28,145 nucleotides of DNA from Pseudomonadota bacterium. GTDB taxonomy: Bacteria > Pseudomonadota > Alphaproteobacteria > Acetobacterales > Acetobacteraceae. The number at the start of each line of letters is the position of its first letter. Position 1 is the stretch's first letter. Positions 1 to 10,907 of this stretch are shown one piece after another. The position numbers and the translations under genes are program-made. The notes beneath the pieces were generated by a model. That model was not told the origin of the DNA and did not search any database. It was given only the letters and a program-made list of their open reading frames with translations. The DNA is taken from contig JAJZHU010000001.1 of assembly GCA_021798375.1 (NCBI GenBank), forward strand, positions 1 through 28,145, given 5' to 3'.

Positions 1-1263
1 TTGCACCTGCGTCACCGTGTCCATGGTCACCGAGACGATAATCATCAGACTGGTGCCGCCAAGATAAAACGAGGTGTTGTAGTGTTCCATCATGATCTCG
101 GGCACCAACACCACCAAAACCAGATAGCCCGCACCGATGAACGACAAACGGCCCAGCACGCGATCGAAATATTCCGCCGTGGCCGATCCGGGACGGATGC
201 CGGGGATAAACCCGCCATTTTTCTTCAGATTCTCCGCCGTCTCCTCGGGGTTGAACACCACCGCCGTGTAGAAGAACGTGAAGAAAATGATCAGCGCGGC
301 GTAAAGAGTTAGATAGAGGATCGTGCCGCGCCCCAGCAAAGACGAAATCGTCGTCGCCCAACCATAGCCGTGATTGGCCGCCAAACTGGCGATACCGCCC
401 GGAATCACCAGCAACGAACTGGCGAAAATCGGCGGAATCACGCCCGAGACGTTCACCTTCAGCGGCATATGCGTGCTGTCGCCGCCGTAAACCTTATTGC
501 CGACCTGACGTTTCGGATATTGCACCAACACGCGCCGCTGCGCGCTTTCCATGAATACCACAAACGCGATCACACCCGCCGCCATCGCCGCGAACATGAA
601 AATCGCCGCACCGGAAATGCCGCCAGTGCGACCCAATTCCAGCAGCGACGCCACCGAATTGGGCAAGTTGGCGACGATGCCGGCCATGATGATCAGGCTG
701 GAGCCATTGCCGACACCGCGCGCGGTGATCTGCTCGCCGATCCACATCAAGAACACCGTGCCGCCCACCAAGGTGACAACACAGGTCAGCCGAAAGAAGA
801 ACCCTGGATTCAGCACCGCGCCGTTCTGCGATTCAAGCCCGATCGCCACACCATAAGCCTGGAAGATCGCGATCAACACGGTGAGGTAGCGGGTATATTG
901 ATTAAGCTTCATCCGGCCCGAATCGCCCTCTTTTTTGAGCGTCTCGAGGGCCGGCACCGCCGAAGTCATCAACTGGATAATGATGCTGGCGCTGATGTAG
1001 GGCATGATCGCCAAGGCAAATACGGTCATGCGACGCAAGGCGCCGCCGGTAAACATGTCGAACATGCCCAGCAATCCGCCGCCGGCACGGGTCATCAGCC
1101 CGGCCATCACCGACGCATCAATGCCCGGAACCGGAACATAGGTGCCCAAACGATAGATGATCAACGCCCCCAGGGTGAACCACAGCCGCTTGTGCAGTTC
1201 GGTCGCCTTTGAAAAGGAGCCGAGGCTCATATTTGCCGCAAGCTGTTCAGCCGCCGAAGCCAT
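1..1263 (-). CDS. secY: Preprotein translocase SecY (3' end runs off the window)
   Basis: Hand translation from ATG at 1263: MASAAEQLAANMSLGSFSKATELHKRLWFTLGALIIYRLGTYVPVPG...GGFIPGIRPG...GGTSLMIIVSVTMDTVTQVQ. Follows rplO; absent from the ORF track because it has no stop in the window. Confidence 0.98.
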   Translation of the reverse strand, partial: MASAAEQLAANMSLGSFSKATELHKRLWFTLGALIIYRLGTYVPVPGIDASVMAGLMTRAGGGLLGMFDMFTGGALRRMTVFALAIMPYISASIIIQLMTSAVPALETLKKEGDSGRMKLNQYTRYLTVLIAIFQAYGVAIGLESQNGAVLNPGFFFRLTCVVTLVGGTVFLMWIGEQITARGVGNGSSLIIMAGIVANLPNSVASLLELGRTGGISGAAIFMFAAMAAGVIAFVVFMESAQRRVLVQYPKRQVGNKVYGGDSTHMPLKVNVSGVIPPIFASSLLVIPGGIASLAANHGYGWATTISSLLGRGTILYLTLYAALIIFFTFFYTAVVFNPEETAENLKKNGGFIPGIRPGSATAEYFDRVLGRLSFIGAGYLVLVVLVPEIMMEHYNTSFYLGGTSLMIIVSVTMDTVTQVQ

Positions 1264-1320
1264 GCCATCACCCGGTTGGTCGTTAAATCAGAGATAGATA
1301 ACGCAGAAGCGGGAACGAGA

Positions 1321-1406
1321 CCAGAGGCTCTGCCCCCTGGCCCCCGCCGAGGCCAGAAACCTCATTTACTTTCGTGCGAGACTGGCAGGGGCAAAACCCC
1401 CGCCCC
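1321..1406. repeat. Pair of inverted REP-like GC-rich palindromes in the rplO-secY spacer
   Basis: CCAGAGGCTCTGCCCCCTGG (1321-1340) and GGCAGGGGCAAAACCCCCGCC (1384-1404) each fold into a hairpin and resemble each other in opposite orientation. Confidence 0.5.
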
Positions 1407-1410
1407 GTCT

Positions 1411-1884
1411 TCACTCTGCCTTCGCCACCAACGTCGTCACCGTGCCGCCGGCCGCTTCGATCGCGGCAATGGCCGTGGCCGAGGCGCCCGAGACGGTGAT
1501 CGTCACGGCGCGGGTGATTTCACCCCGGTTCAACAAACGCACGCCGGCAACTTTCGAGCCGCGGACCAGGCCCGCGAGCGCCAAAGTTTCCTCGGTGATC
1601 GGCTGGCCGGCGTCGATGCGACCGGTCTCGATCGCCGCGTTCAGCGTGCCAACGTTCAGCGGTGCATATTCCTTGCGGAAAATATTGTTGAAACCACGCT
1701 TTGGCAAACGCCGATAGATCGGGAGCTGACCGCCCTCGAACCCATTCAGCGACACGCCTTCGCGAGCCTTCTGACCCTTTACACCCTTGCCCGAGGTCTT
1801 GCCTTTGCCCGAACCGATACCACGGCCCAGACGCTTCGACTTCAGATGCGCGCCAGCATTGTCGCGCAATTCGTTCAGCTTCAT
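1411..1884 (-). CDS. rplO: 50S ribosomal protein L15
   Basis: MKLNEL...[25 protein letters not shown]...[17 protein letters not shown]. Confidence 0.99.
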   Translation of the reverse strand: MKLNELRDNAGAHLKSKRLGRGIGSGKGKTSGKGVKGQKAREGVSLNGFEGGQLPIYRRLPKRGFNNIFRKEYAPLNVGTLNAAIETGRIDAGQPITEETLALAGLVRGSKVAGVRLLNRGEITRAVTITVSGASATAIAAIEAAGGTVTTLVAKAE

Positions 1885-1918
1885 AGCAAACTCCTTCCCG
1901 CCGAAACCCCCTTCGGGA

Positions 1919-2110
1919 TTAGGACAGCTCCTCCACCTTAATCAGATGGGCAACCTTGCGGATCATGCCGCGCACCGAGGGAGTATCTTCCAACTCACGG
2001 GTACGACGCACCTTGTTCAACCCAAGCCCGATCAGCGTTTCACGCTGGCCAGGCAAGCGACCGGCGACCGAAGCCACCTGCGTCACGCGGACTTTTTTGC
2101 CGTCAGACAC
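1919..2110 (-). CDS. rpmD: 50S ribosomal protein L30 (63 aa, GTG start)
   Basis: [64 protein letters not shown] at 2110 overlaps the rpsE stop (GTGTCTGA). Confidence 0.96.
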   Translation of the reverse strand: MSDGKKVRVTQVASVAGRLPGQRETLIGLGLNKVRRTRELEDTPSVRGMIRKVAHLIKVEELS

Positions 2111-2690
2111 TGGCTTCCTCCGTTGCGACTTCGCGCTTGCCAAGGATGTCGGAAACTTTCTTGCCGCGGCGCGCTGCAACCGAGCGAGGGCTCGCGCAAC
2201 GTTCCAGAGCAGCGAAAGTCGCCTTCACCATGTTATGCGGGTTGCGGCTGCCGATGCACTTGGCCACCACGTCGCCCACGCCCAAGGTTTCGAGCACGGC
2301 GCGCATCGGGCCGCCCGCAATGATCCCTGTGCCGGGATCAGCCGCGCGCAGCACCACTTCGCCAGCGCCATATGTCCCGTGGACATCATGATGCAACGTG
2401 CGGCCTTCCTTCATCGGCACCCGGATCAACGCGCGCTTGGCGCGTTCGGTTGCCTTGCGGATCGCTTCAGGAACTTCGCGCGCCTTGCCAGCGCCATAGC
2501 CCACACGACCCTTCTGGTCGCCAACCACCACCAACGCGGCAAAAGCGAAACGACGACCGCCCTTTACCACCTTGGCCACGCGGTTGATCGTCACCAGCTT
2601 GTCGATCAGATCGTCACCGGGCTCGCGCTCGCGGTCACGATCGCGTCCACCGCGACCACCACCTTGGCCTTCTCTCGGTTCACGTGCCAT
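2103..2690 (-). CDS. rpsE: 30S ribosomal protein S5
   Basis: [35 protein letters not shown]...[13 protein letters not shown]. Confidence 0.99.
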   Translation of the reverse strand: MAREPREGQGGGRGGRDRDREREPGDDLIDKLVTINRVAKVVKGGRRFAFAALVVVGDQKGRVGYGAGKAREVPEAIRKATERAKRALIRVPMKEGRTLHHDVHGTYGAGEVVLRAADPGTGIIAGGPMRAVLETLGVGDVVAKCIGSRNPHNMVKATFAALERCASPRSVAARRGKKVSDILGKREVATEEASV

Positions 2691-2701
2691 TACTGTTCCC
2701 C

Positions 2702-3064
2702 TTAGAAGGCCAAGCCGCTTTCGCGGGCGGCTTCGGCCAACGCTTGCACGCGGCCATGATAGAGATAAGACCCACGGTCAAACACCACCGCCGTCACACC
2801 AGCAGCAACCGCACGTTCCGCCACCAATTTGCCCACTGCCGTAGCAGCGGCCTTGTCGGCGCCCGTGCGCAACGCGGTGCGCAGACCCTTGTCGAGCGAC
2901 GATGCGGTGGCGAGAGTCACGCCATTCACGTCATCGATGATTTGGGCATAGATATGCTTGCCAGACCGGAACACAGAAAGACGCGGACGCCCGCCAGCCT
3001 TCTTGCGCAGTTGGAAACGCAGACGATCGCGCCGACGCTCCCGCAATTCGAGATTTGCGCTCAT
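2702..3064 (-). CDS. rplR: 50S ribosomal protein L18
   Basis: [20 protein letters not shown]...[28 protein letters not shown]. Confidence 0.99.
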   Translation of the reverse strand: MSANLELRERRRDRLRFQLRKKAGGRPRLSVFRSGKHIYAQIIDDVNGVTLATASSLDKGLRTALRTGADKAAATAVGKLVAERAVAAGVTAVVFDRGSYLYHGRVQALAEAARESGLAF

Positions 3065-3597
3065 TACTTCTTCTTGCCTTCCTTGCGCCGGATCGTCTCG
3101 TTGTCATAGCGAACGCCCTTGCCCTTATAGGGCTCGGGGCCACGGAAGCCACGGATTTCCGCGGCCACTTGACCAACCTGGCGCTTGTCGATGCCTTCAA
3201 CCTTCACCGAAGTCGGCTTCTCGCACGAGATCTTGATGCCTTCCGGGATCGGGTAAACCACGTCATGCGAATAACCGAGCTGCAAAACCAGGTTTGCGCC
3301 CTGCACCGCCGCACGATAACCGGTGCCGTTGATTTCCATCGACTTGGAGTAGCCGACCGAAACCCCCTTGACCATCGCAGCCACCAGCGAACGTGTGGTT
3401 CCCCACATCATGCGCGCCTGCGCTTCCTTGGTCTTGGGTGCAACGCTGATCTTGCTGCCCTCGATCACGGTATCGACATATTCGGTCAGTTGCAGCTTTT
3501 GCTCGCCCAGCTTGCCCTTAACCACGAGCACGCCCTCGACGATCGATGCTTGCACACCGGCCGGAATTTCCACGGGATATTTGCCTACACGCGACAT
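3064..3597 (-). CDS. rplF: 50S ribosomal protein L6
   Basis: Start reassigned to [12 protein letters not shown] (3597); ends [11 protein letters not shown]...RRKEGKKK; TAATG overlap with rplR. Confidence 0.99.
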   Translation of the reverse strand: MSRVGKYPVEIPAGVQASIVEGVLVVKGKLGEQKLQLTEYVDTVIEGSKISVAPKTKEAQARMMWGTTRSLVAAMVKGVSVGYSKSMEINGTGYRAAVQGANLVLQLGYSHDVVYPIPEGIKISCEKPTSVKVEGIDKRQVGQVAAEIRGFRGPEPYKGKGVRYDNETIRRKEGKKK

Positions 3598-3610
3598 AAT
3601 GAATTCCCCC

Positions 3611-4009
3611 TTAGAAGACGCGGCAAAGCACTTCGCCGCCAACATTGGCAGCGCGTGCTTCAGCGTCAGAGAGAACTCCGCGCGGTGTGCTCAGGATCGA
3701 GATCCCGAGCCCGGCATAGACCCGCGGCAATTCCTTGATTTTGGAATAGACGCGACGGCCCGGTTTGCTGATGCGGGTGATTTCCTTGATCACCGGCTCG
3801 CCTTCATTGTATTTCAACTCAACGCGGAGTTGAGACACGCCGGCGCGCAGCTCTTGGGTCGAATAGCCACGGATGAAACCTTCGCGCTTCAAGACTTCCA
3901 GCACATTCGCACGCAAGTGCGAAGCGGGAGAAACGCAGGATGTATGGCGAGCACGTTGCGCATTACGAATGCGGGTCAACAGATCGCCCAACGGATCGGA
4001 GAGTGACAT
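3611..4009 (-). CDS. rpsH: 30S ribosomal protein S8
   Basis: [17 protein letters not shown]...SKPGRRVY...[16 protein letters not shown]. Confidence 0.99.
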   Translation of the reverse strand: MSLSDPLGDLLTRIRNAQRARHTSCVSPASHLRANVLEVLKREGFIRGYSTQELRAGVSQLRVELKYNEGEPVIKEITRISKPGRRVYSKIKELPRVYAGLGISILSTPRGVLSDAEARAANVGGEVLCRVF

Positions 4010-4021
4010 GGTTCTGTCCCC

Positions 4022-4327
4022 TTACCAGCTCGACTTAACCATGCCCGGGATTTGCCCGGAGCTGGCCAGATCACGTAGTGCAATACGGCACAGCTTGAAT
4101 TTGCGATAGTTCGCGCGCGGGCGGCCGGTCAGCTCGCAGAGCAGGCGAACCCGCACCTTGGCGCCGTTACGCGGCAATTCCGCCAGCTTGATGGTGGCAT
4201 CAAACCGGTCTTCCACCGGCAGGCTGCGATCCATCACGATCTCTTTCAGCGTCGCACGCTTCGCACTATCGCGCTTGGCGTACGCAATCCGCTTGTTATT
4301 GCGGTTGACCGAAGATTTCTTGGCCAT
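4022..4327 (-). CDS. rpsN: 30S ribosomal protein S14 (101-aa long form without a full zinc ribbon)
   Basis: [13 protein letters not shown]...LAELPRN...CELTGRPR...[23 protein letters not shown]; start reassigned to 4327. Confidence 0.98.
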   Translation of the reverse strand: MAKKSSVNRNNKRIAYAKRDSAKRATLKEIVMDRSLPVEDRFDATIKLAELPRNGAKVRVRLLCELTGRPRANYRKFKLCRIALRDLASSGQIPGMVKSSW

Positions 4328-4445
4328 CCTGTCTTTACCCTCCGGAACCTGTCGGGCTCTCCCGACGGTTTTCCAAATCATCCATTAACGCTAAAGCGCA
4401 TTCTTTCGAAAACGCCATCATTCGAACGCGAGCGCGCCAGATACC

Positions 4446-5000
4446 TTAAACGAACGGAATGTCAAAGCATTTAAGCAATGCCTTGGCTTCCGCGTCAGTC
4501 TTGGCAGTGGTCACGAACACGATATCCATGCCGCGAATGTCGCCCACTTTTTCATAGGCGATTTCCGGGAACATGATTTGTTCCTTGAGCCCCATGGCGA
4601 AATTGCCGCGGCCATCAAAGCCGGTGCCTTTCACGCCACGGAAATCGCGAACGCGCGGCAACGCAATGGTCACCAAACGATCGAGGAATTCATACATCCG
4701 GGCCTTGCGCAGCGTAACCTTGCAGCCAATCGGCAAGCCTTCGCGGATTTTGAAACCCGCGATGGCCTTCTTGGCCACGGTCTTGACCGGCTTCTGGCCC
4801 GCGATCAACGTCAATTCGGCAACCGCCGAATCGAGCTTTTTCTGGTCGCCGGCGGCTTCGCCAACGCCCATGTTGATCACGATCTTTTCCAGCTTGGGAA
4901 CCTGCATCACGTTCGTATAACCGAACTCGGCTTGCAGGGCCGCGCGCACGCTGTCGTGATAACGCTTCAGCAGGCGGGGTTGAACAGTGCTGTCTTCCAT
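4446..5000 (-). CDS. rplE: 50S ribosomal protein L5
   Basis: [16 protein letters not shown]...IGCKVTLR...PRVRDFRG...DGRGN; SD AAGGAGG upstream. Confidence 0.99.
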   Translation of the reverse strand: MEDSTVQPRLLKRYHDSVRAALQAEFGYTNVMQVPKLEKIVINMGVGEAAGDQKKLDSAVAELTLIAGQKPVKTVAKKAIAGFKIREGLPIGCKVTLRKARMYEFLDRLVTIALPRVRDFRGVKGTGFDGRGNFAMGLKEQIMFPEIAYEKVGDIRGMDIVFVTTAKTDAEAKALLKCFDIPFV

Positions 5001-5011
5001 GACCGCCTCCT

Positions 5012-5332
5012 TTAACCTTCAACCGCTTCGCCGCTGATCTTGGCGACACGAACCTTGCGGCCGTCGTCAAGAACACGGAAGCCAACCTTGGTCGGCTTGT
5101 CGGTCTTGGGATCGATCAAAGCGAGATTCGAAAGATGAATCGTCGCTTCGATGCTGATGATGCCGCCCTGCTGGTTATAGCCGGAGGCTTTCTGATGATG
5201 CTTGGCGATATTCACGCCCTGAACCACCGCGCGGTTGTCGGCCGGGATCACGCGGAGAACTTCGCCGCGTTTGCCCTTGTCGGAACCGGTGATGACCAGA
5301 ACTTTATCGCCCTTTTTGATACGCGCGGCCAT
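5012..5332 (-). CDS. rplX: 50S ribosomal protein L24
   Basis: KIKKGD-type KOW motif [21 protein letters not shown]...EATIHLSNL. Confidence 0.99.
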   Translation of the reverse strand: MAARIKKGDKVLVITGSDKGKRGEVLRVIPADNRAVVQGVNIAKHHQKASGYNQQGGIISIEATIHLSNLALIDPKTDKPTKVGFRVLDDGRKVRVAKISGEAVEG

Positions 5333-5334
5333 GA

Positions 5335-5703
5335 TTAGAGGACCTCCGGCGCCAGGCTGATAATCTTCATGAACTTCTTGCCGCGCAACTCGCGCACGAC
5401 CGGCCCGAAGATACGGGTGCCGATCGGCTCGCGCTGCTTGTTGATCAGCACGGCCGCATTGCGGTCGAACCGGATCGCGCTTCCGTCGGCGCGGCGCACC
5501 GGATAGGAAGTACGCACAACCACCGCCTGGTGGACGTCGCCCTTCTTCACCTTGCCGCGCGGAATCGCTTCCTGGATCGCAACCACGATCACGTCGCCGA
5601 CCGAGGCGGTTTTACGCTTGGAGCCGCCCAGCACCTTGATGCACTGCACCCGTCGAGCGCCGGAATTATCGGCCACGTCCAGGTTGGTCTCGGGATGGAT
5701 CAT
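5335..5703 (-). CDS. rplN: 50S ribosomal protein L14
   Basis: [22 protein letters not shown]...[13 protein letters not shown]...[10 protein letters not shown]. Confidence 0.99.
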   Translation of the reverse strand: MIHPETNLDVADNSGARRVQCIKVLGGSKRKTASVGDVIVVAIQEAIPRGKVKKGDVHQAVVVRTSYPVRRADGSAIRFDRNAAVLINKQREPIGTRIFGPVVRELRGKKFMKIISLAPEVL

Positions 5704-5717
5704 TTTCTACCTTCCCC

Positions 5718-5990
5718 TCAAGCTTGAACGGCGACGGCGGCAGCGGCGGTATTCTCGCCATTGCGTTCGATCACGGTCCAGGTCTTGCGCTTACTGATCG
5801 GCGGGCATTCCTCGATACGCACGAGGTCGCCGACCTTGCAGATGTTGTTTTCGTCATGCGCCGCATACTTCTTCGAGCGGCGAATGAATTTCTTATAAAG
5901 AGGATGGATGATCCGACGTTCGACGGAGACCGTTACGGTCTTGTCCATCTTATCGCTCACCACCCGCCCCGCGAGCACGCGCTTTGGCAT
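5718..5990 (-). CDS. rpsQ: 30S ribosomal protein S17
   Basis: [14 protein letters not shown]...[19 protein letters not shown]...PISKRKTW. Confidence 0.99.
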   Translation of the reverse strand: MPKRVLAGRVVSDKMDKTVTVSVERRIIHPLYKKFIRRSKKYAAHDENNICKVGDLVRIEECPPISKRKTWTVIERNGENTAAAAVAVQA

Positions 5991-6003
5991 TGCCCTCTAC
6001 TCC

Positions 6004-6210
6004 TTAGGACAGAGCGGCGGAGCTTTGTTTCTCCGCCAGAATCGTCTTTACCTGAGCGATCTCGCGGCGCACCTTACGCACACGACCCACCCCTTCGGTT
6101 TGGCCAGTTGCGCGCTGGAAACGCAGATTAAACTGCTCCTTGCGCAACTCTACCAACAACACATTCAGATCATCCGGCGATTTGGCCCGGATGTCAGCAA
6201 TTTTTGCCAT
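6004..6210 (-). CDS. rpmC: 50S ribosomal protein L29
   Basis: Start reassigned to MAKIADIRAKS (6210); LRKEQFNLRFQRATGQ...VRREIAQVKT. Confidence 0.98.
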   Translation of the reverse strand: MAKIADIRAKSPDDLNVLLVELRKEQFNLRFQRATGQTEGVGRVRKVRREIAQVKTILAEKQSSAALS

Positions 6211-6211
6211 C

Positions 6212-6628
6212 TCAGGCCTCCCCGATGCGGGTGATGAACTTGGTCTTGATCGGCAACTTCGCCGCGCCAAGCTCCAATGCATGGCGCGCCAGTTCGCTCG
6301 ACACGCCGTCGATCTCGAACATGATGCGGCCCGGCTTCACCTTGGCCACCCAAAATTCGGGAGAACCCTTGCCAGAGCCCATGCGGACTTCGGCAGGCTT
6401 GGTCGATACCGGCAGATCCGGAAAAATCCGGATCCACACGCGGCCGGCGCGCTTCATGGCACGGGTGATCGCGCGGCGAGCCGACTCGATCTGACGCGCG
6501 GTGATGCGCTCGGGCTGCAAAGCCTTGAGGCCGAACGCGCCGAAATTCAGCGCGGTGCCGCCCTTGGCCATACCGTGAATCCGGCCCTTGTGAGCCTTGC
6601 GGAATTTGGTCCGTTTGGGGGAAAGCAT
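6212..6628 (-). CDS. rplP: 50S ribosomal protein L16
   Basis: [16 protein letters not shown]...[12 protein letters not shown]...[10 protein letters not shown]. Confidence 0.99.
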   Translation of the reverse strand: MLSPKRTKFRKAHKGRIHGMAKGGTALNFGAFGLKALQPERITARQIESARRAITRAMKRAGRVWIRIFPDLPVSTKPAEVRMGSGKGSPEFWVAKVKPGRIMFEIDGVSSELARHALELGAAKLPIKTKFITRIGEA

Positions 6629-6640
6629 CTGTTTCGATCC

Positions 6641-7318
6641 TTAACGCTGCGGCGCCTGTTCGGCGGCCCGGCGATCCTGAGACTGCGGGTCGTGGGTAAG
6701 GATCTCGCCTTTGAAGATCCAAACTTTGACACCGCACGTGCCATAGGTCGTCTTGGCCGTCGCAACACCGTAATCAATGTCGGCACGAAGCGTGTGCAAG
6801 GGCACCCGACCTTCGCGATACCACTCAACGCGGGCAATTTCCGCGCCACCCAAACGACCACCGCAATTGATGCGGATGCCCTGGGCGCCCAAACGCATCG
6901 CCGATTGCACCGCCCGCTTCATCGCGCGGCGGAACGCAACGCGGCGTTCCAGCTGTTGGGCGATATTTTCGGCCACCAGCTTCGCGTCGATTTCCGGCTT
7001 GCGGATTTCAACGATGTTCAAGGACACTTCGGCTTTCGCCTGCTTGGTCAGGTCGCGGCGCAGCGCGTCGATGTCCTGGCCCTTCTTGCCGATCACCACG
7101 CCCGGACGGGCGGCATAGATCGTAACACGGGGTTTCTTGGCGGGGCGTTCGATCACCACACGCGAAACACCGGCGCCAGACAGCTTTTTGCGCAGATATT
7201 CACGCAAGGACATGTCGTCGTGCAGCAGCTTGGCATAGTCTTTTTCCGCGTACCAGCGGCTATCCCAAGTGCGATTGATGCCGAGCCTTAGCCCAATCGG
7301 ATTAACTTTGTGACCCAT
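6641..7318 (-). CDS. rpsC: 30S ribosomal protein S3
   Basis: Start reassigned to [23 protein letters not shown] (7318); [10 protein letters not shown]...[14 protein letters not shown]. Confidence 0.99.
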   Translation of the reverse strand: MGHKVNPIGLRLGINRTWDSRWYAEKDYAKLLHDDMSLREYLRKKLSGAGVSRVVIERPAKKPRVTIYAARPGVVIGKKGQDIDALRRDLTKQAKAEVSLNIVEIRKPEIDAKLVAENIAQQLERRVAFRRAMKRAVQSAMRLGAQGIRINCGGRLGGAEIARVEWYREGRVPLHTLRADIDYGVATAKTTYGTCGVKVWIFKGEILTHDPQSQDRRAAEQAPQR

Positions 7319-7322
7319 CGGT

Positions 7323-7733
7323 TTACGCCTTCTGCTCGGCTGCGGTTGCGTCAGGAGCGGCTTCCGCCACTTCGGCAACGACGATCTTCAGATTCGACAG
7401 CCACTTCTCGATGCGGGCCGAACGGCCGCGGCCACGGGCGTGGAAGCGACGCATCACCACGGCGCGGCCGACTTCGACACGCGCGACCACCAGACGATCA
7501 ACGTCGAGCTGATGGTTGTTTTCCGCGTTGGCGACGGCGCTTTCCAGTGCCTTTTTCACTTCCTGGGCAATACGGCGCTTGCTGAATGCAAGAGTCGCAA
7601 CCGCCTTGGAAGCAGGTTGATTGCGAATCAACCCGGCAACGAGATTCAGCTTGCGGGGGCTAACCCGCATATTGCTCACAACGGCCTGAGCTTCGGTTTC
7701 GGCCACCGAGCGGGGGTATTTTGGCTTGCTCAT
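7323..7733 (-). CDS. rplV: 50S ribosomal protein L22
   Basis: Start reassigned to MSKPK (7733); [15 protein letters not shown]...[10 protein letters not shown]. Confidence 0.98.
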   Translation of the reverse strand: MSKPKYPRSVAETEAQAVVSNMRVSPRKLNLVAGLIRNQPASKAVATLAFSKRRIAQEVKKALESAVANAENNHQLDVDRLVVARVEVGRAVVMRRFHARGRGRSARIEKWLSNLKIVVAEVAEAAPDATAAEQKA

Positions 7734-7734
7734 C

Positions 7735-8013
7735 TTAGCCCCGCTTCGCTTTTTTGTCGGACGAATGGCCCGTGAAGGTGCGCGTCGGCGAGAACTCGCC
7801 AAACTTGTGACCGACCATATTTTCGGTCACCTGCACCGGCAGGAACTTGTGGCCATTGTAAACGCCAAACACCAAACCGACGAATTGCGGCATGATCGTC
7901 GAGCGGCGCGACCAGATCTTGATGATCTCGTTGCGGCTCGAAGAGCGAGCGGCTTCGGCCTTGTTAAGCAAGTACCCGTCAACGAACGGGCCTTTCCATA
8001 CGGAACGAGCCAT
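7735..8013 (-). CDS. rpsS: 30S ribosomal protein S19
   Basis: [16 protein letters not shown]...[13 protein letters not shown]...[15 protein letters not shown]. Confidence 0.99.
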   Translation of the reverse strand: MARSVWKGPFVDGYLLNKAEAARSSSRNEIIKIWSRRSTIMPQFVGLVFGVYNGHKFLPVQVTENMVGHKFGEFSPTRTFTGHSSDKKAKRG

Positions 8014-8016
8014 GGA

Positions 8017-8850
8017 TTAGCCCTTCCCTTTGTTGCGACGGCGAATAATAAGGCTGTCCGTGCGCTTGTTGACCCGAGTCTTGTAGCCCTTGGTCGGCTT
8101 GCCCCACGGGGTAACCGGGTGACGACCCCCCGAAGTACGGCCTTCACCACCACCGTGCGGATGATCCACTGGGTTCATCACGACACCGCGGTTATGAGGA
8201 CGACGGCCCAGCCAACGGCTGCGACCTGCCTTGCCGATATGCTCGTTCATCTTGTCCGGATTGGACACGGCGCCAACGGTGGCCATGCATTCCGCACGAA
8301 CGACGCGCAATTCGCCCGAACCCAACTTGATCTGAGCATAGCCCGAATCCTTGCCCACCAATTGGGCGTAGGTTCCGGCCGAACGTGCAATCTTGCCGCC
8401 CGCGCCTTGCTTGAGTTCAATGTTGTGAACGATCGTGCCAACGGGGATCCCGGACAAAGGCATCGCATTGCCCGGCTTGATATCCACGCGCGCACCCGCC
8501 ACAACCACATCGCCTTCCTTCAGGCGCTGCGGAGCCAGGATGTAGCTCAATTCGCCATCAGCGTACTTGATCAGCGCGATGAAGGCGGTGCGGTTCGGAT
8601 CATATTCCAAACGCTGCACTGTGGCCGGCACGTCGAACTTGCGACGCTTGAAATCGACCAGGCGATAGGTTTGCTTGTGTCCGCCGCCACGAAACCGGAC
8701 GGTGGTACGACCATGGTTGTTGCGTCCGCCCGAGTGGCTCTTGCCCTCGGTCAGACCCTTGACCGGCTTACCTTTCCACAGACCTGCGCGCGAAACGAGA
8801 ATCGTGCCGCGCAGGCTGGGGGTAACCGGGTTGAAATGCTTTAATGCCAT
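8017..8850 (-). CDS. rplB: 50S ribosomal protein L2
   Basis: [10 protein letters not shown]...[16 protein letters not shown]...[30 protein letters not shown]. Confidence 0.99.
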   Translation of the reverse strand: MALKHFNPVTPSLRGTILVSRAGLWKGKPVKGLTEGKSHSGGRNNHGRTTVRFRGGGHKQTYRLVDFKRRKFDVPATVQRLEYDPNRTAFIALIKYADGELSYILAPQRLKEGDVVVAGARVDIKPGNAMPLSGIPVGTIVHNIELKQGAGGKIARSAGTYAQLVGKDSGYAQIKLGSGELRVVRAECMATVGAVSNPDKMNEHIGKAGRSRWLGRRPHNRGVVMNPVDHPHGGGEGRTSGGRHPVTPWGKPTKGYKTRVNKRTDSLIIRRRNKGKG

Positions 8851-8865
8851 ATTCCGAACCCCGCC

Positions 8866-9204
8866 TTACGCCAGACCGGTGGAGAGATCGATCGTCTGGC
8901 CGGCCTCAAGCGAGACATAGGCCTTTTTGACGTCCGAACGCACACCAGGGCGACCCTTGAAACGCTTGGTCTTGCCCTTGGTCACCAACGTATGAACGCT
9001 GGTCACCTTTACACCGAACAAAGTCTCCACAGCCTTTTTGATCTCGGGCTTGGAGGAGTCGATGGCGACCCGGAACACAACCTGGTTCTTCTCCGAGAGG
9101 GCAGTCGCCTTCTCGGTGATCACCGGCGTGCGGATCATGTTATACATCGCCTCTTTGCTCATCGAGGCGGCGCGTGCATGCGCAAAACGTGCCTTGCCGC
9201 TCAT
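8866..9204 (-). CDS. rplW: 50S ribosomal protein L23
   Basis: [11 protein letters not shown]...[18 protein letters not shown]...KGKTKRF...KKAYV; ATGA overlap with rplD, GGGAG SD. Confidence 0.97.
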   Translation of the reverse strand: MSGKARFAHARAASMSKEAMYNMIRTPVITEKATALSEKNQVVFRVAIDSSKPEIKKAVETLFGVKVTSVHTLVTKGKTKRFKGRPGVRSDVKKAYVSLEAGQTIDLSTGLA

Positions 9205-9839
9205 GCTGCTTCTCCCACACCAACGACGCCAAGACGATCGGCCAATGCCGCGATGCCAGCGGTGGTGACTACCAACACATCATGCTTGATGATGTCATAG
9301 ACATTGGCGCCCACGCTGGGCAGCGCATCGATGTAGGGCAGATTGGCGCAAGCGCGCAGAAAGCCCTCATCCACGGTTGCATCCACGATCAGCGCCGATG
9401 TCCAACCCAGCAGCTTCAGTTGGGCGGCCAAATCCTTGGTCTTGCCCGAAGAAGTTGCCTGATCCAGCACCACCAGCTTGCCTTCATGGGCCTTTTGCGA
9501 CAGTGCCGCAATCAGACCCAGACGACGCACTTTCTTGGGCAGGTCATAGCCATGGCTGCGCACAACCGGCCCATGAACCACGCCGCCGGTGCGATACTGC
9601 GGAGCGCGCAGCGAGCCCTGACGCGCATTGCCCGTGCCCTTTTGCTTGAACGGCTTGCGGGTCGTGCCCGAAACTTCGCCCATGCCCTTCACCTTGTGGT
9701 TGCCGGAGCGGCGCTTTGCCAACTGCCATTGCACCACACGCGCCATGATATCGCTGCGCAGCGGAGCGGCAAAGATCTCGTCGGGAAGCGCAAATGTGCC
9801 CGCGCTGCCGTTGTCGAGTGTCTTGATCTCGATGTCCAT
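9201..9839 (-). CDS. rplD: 50S ribosomal protein L4
   Basis: [48 protein letters not shown]. Confidence 0.99.
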   Translation of the reverse strand: MDIEIKTLDNGSAGTFALPDEIFAAPLRSDIMARVVQWQLAKRRSGNHKVKGMGEVSGTTRKPFKQKGTGNARQGSLRAPQYRTGGVVHGPVVRSHGYDLPKKVRRLGLIAALSQKAHEGKLVVLDQATSSGKTKDLAAQLKLLGWTSALIVDATVDEGFLRACANLPYIDALPSVGANVYDIIKHDVLVVTTAGIAALADRLGVVGVGEAA

Positions 9840-9850
9840 CTTTGCTGTCC

Positions 9851-10525
9851 TTAACCCACGAGACCGGCTGGATACGGGGCCGTATCCGGACGTGCGATCT
9901 TGATCGCGTCGCGCACCAGAATATAGGTGCCGGCCGAACCCGGAACCGCGCCCTTGATGAAGACGAGGCCGCGGGCTGCATCGACAGCCGCGATCTCGAC
10001 ATTCAAAGTGGTCACGCGATCCTGGCCCATATGACCGGCCATCTTCTTATTCTTAAACGTCTTGCCGGGATCCTGACGGTTACCCGTCGAACCCAAAGAG
10101 CGATGGCTGACCGAAACGCCGTGGCTCGCTTCCAAACCGGCAAAATTCCAGCGCTTCATACCGCCCTGGAAGCCCTTGCCTTTGGTGGTGCCACAGACAT
10201 CGACCTTTTGGCCAACGACAAAATGTTCGGCCGAGAGCGTGGCGCCCACTTCCAGCAGCGCATCAGCGGCCACTGGAAATTCCACGAGCTTCATCTTCGG
10301 CTCGATCTTGGCGGCCGCGTATTGGCCTTTGACGGGATTGGTCACGTTCTTCACCTTGGCCGTGCCCCACCCGAGCTGGACGGCGGTGTAGCCATCCTTT
10401 TCGAGGGTGCGCGCGGCCACCACTTGCACCTTGTCAAGGTGCAAGACGGTGACGGGAACGTGCGTCCCATCTTCTTTGAAAAGCCGGGTCATCCCGAGCT
10501 TCTTAGCGATTAATCCGGTGCGCAT
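9851..10525 (-). CDS. rplC: 50S ribosomal protein L3
   Basis: Start reassigned to [13 protein letters not shown] (10525); [14 protein letters not shown]...[23 protein letters not shown]. Confidence 0.99.
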   Translation of the reverse strand: MRTGLIAKKLGMTRLFKEDGTHVPVTVLHLDKVQVVAARTLEKDGYTAVQLGWGTAKVKNVTNPVKGQYAAAKIEPKMKLVEFPVAADALLEVGATLSAEHFVVGQKVDVCGTTKGKGFQGGMKRWNFAGLEASHGVSVSHRSLGSTGNRQDPGKTFKNKKMAGHMGQDRVTTLNVEIAAVDAARGLVFIKGAVPGSAGTYILVRDAIKIARPDTAPYPAGLVG

Positions 10526-10538
10526 AGGTGGGCGGCTT

Positions 10539-10847
10539 TCAGATCTTGATCTCGACGTCCACACCGGCCGCCAGATCGAGCTTCATCAGCGCGTCAACGG
10601 TTTGCGGTGTGGGGTCAACGATGTCGAGAAGCCGGCGATGAGTCCGAATTTCGAACTGTTCGCGGCTTTTCTTGTCCACGTGCGGCGAGCGGTTCACCGT
10701 GAAACGCTCGATGTTGGTCGGCAGCGGGATCGGTCCACGGACGCGAGCACCCGTACGCTTCGCGGTGTTCACGATCTCCTTGGTGCTGTTATCCAGCACG
10801 CGGTGATCGTACGCCTTGAGGCGAATGCGAATATTTTGGCTATCCAT
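10539..10847 (-). CDS. rpsJ: 30S ribosomal protein S10
   Basis: [14 protein letters not shown]...GPIPLPT...[21 protein letters not shown]. Confidence 0.99.
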   Translation of the reverse strand: MDSQNIRIRLKAYDHRVLDNSTKEIVNTAKRTGARVRGPIPLPTNIERFTVNRSPHVDKKSREQFEIRTHRRLLDIVDPTPQTVDALMKLDLAAGVDVEIKI

Positions 10848-10907
10848 CGTATGGGTCTTCCGAGTCTCGTGAACCGATTTAACTGCTTGTAGTCCAGGCC
10901 AGAAATT

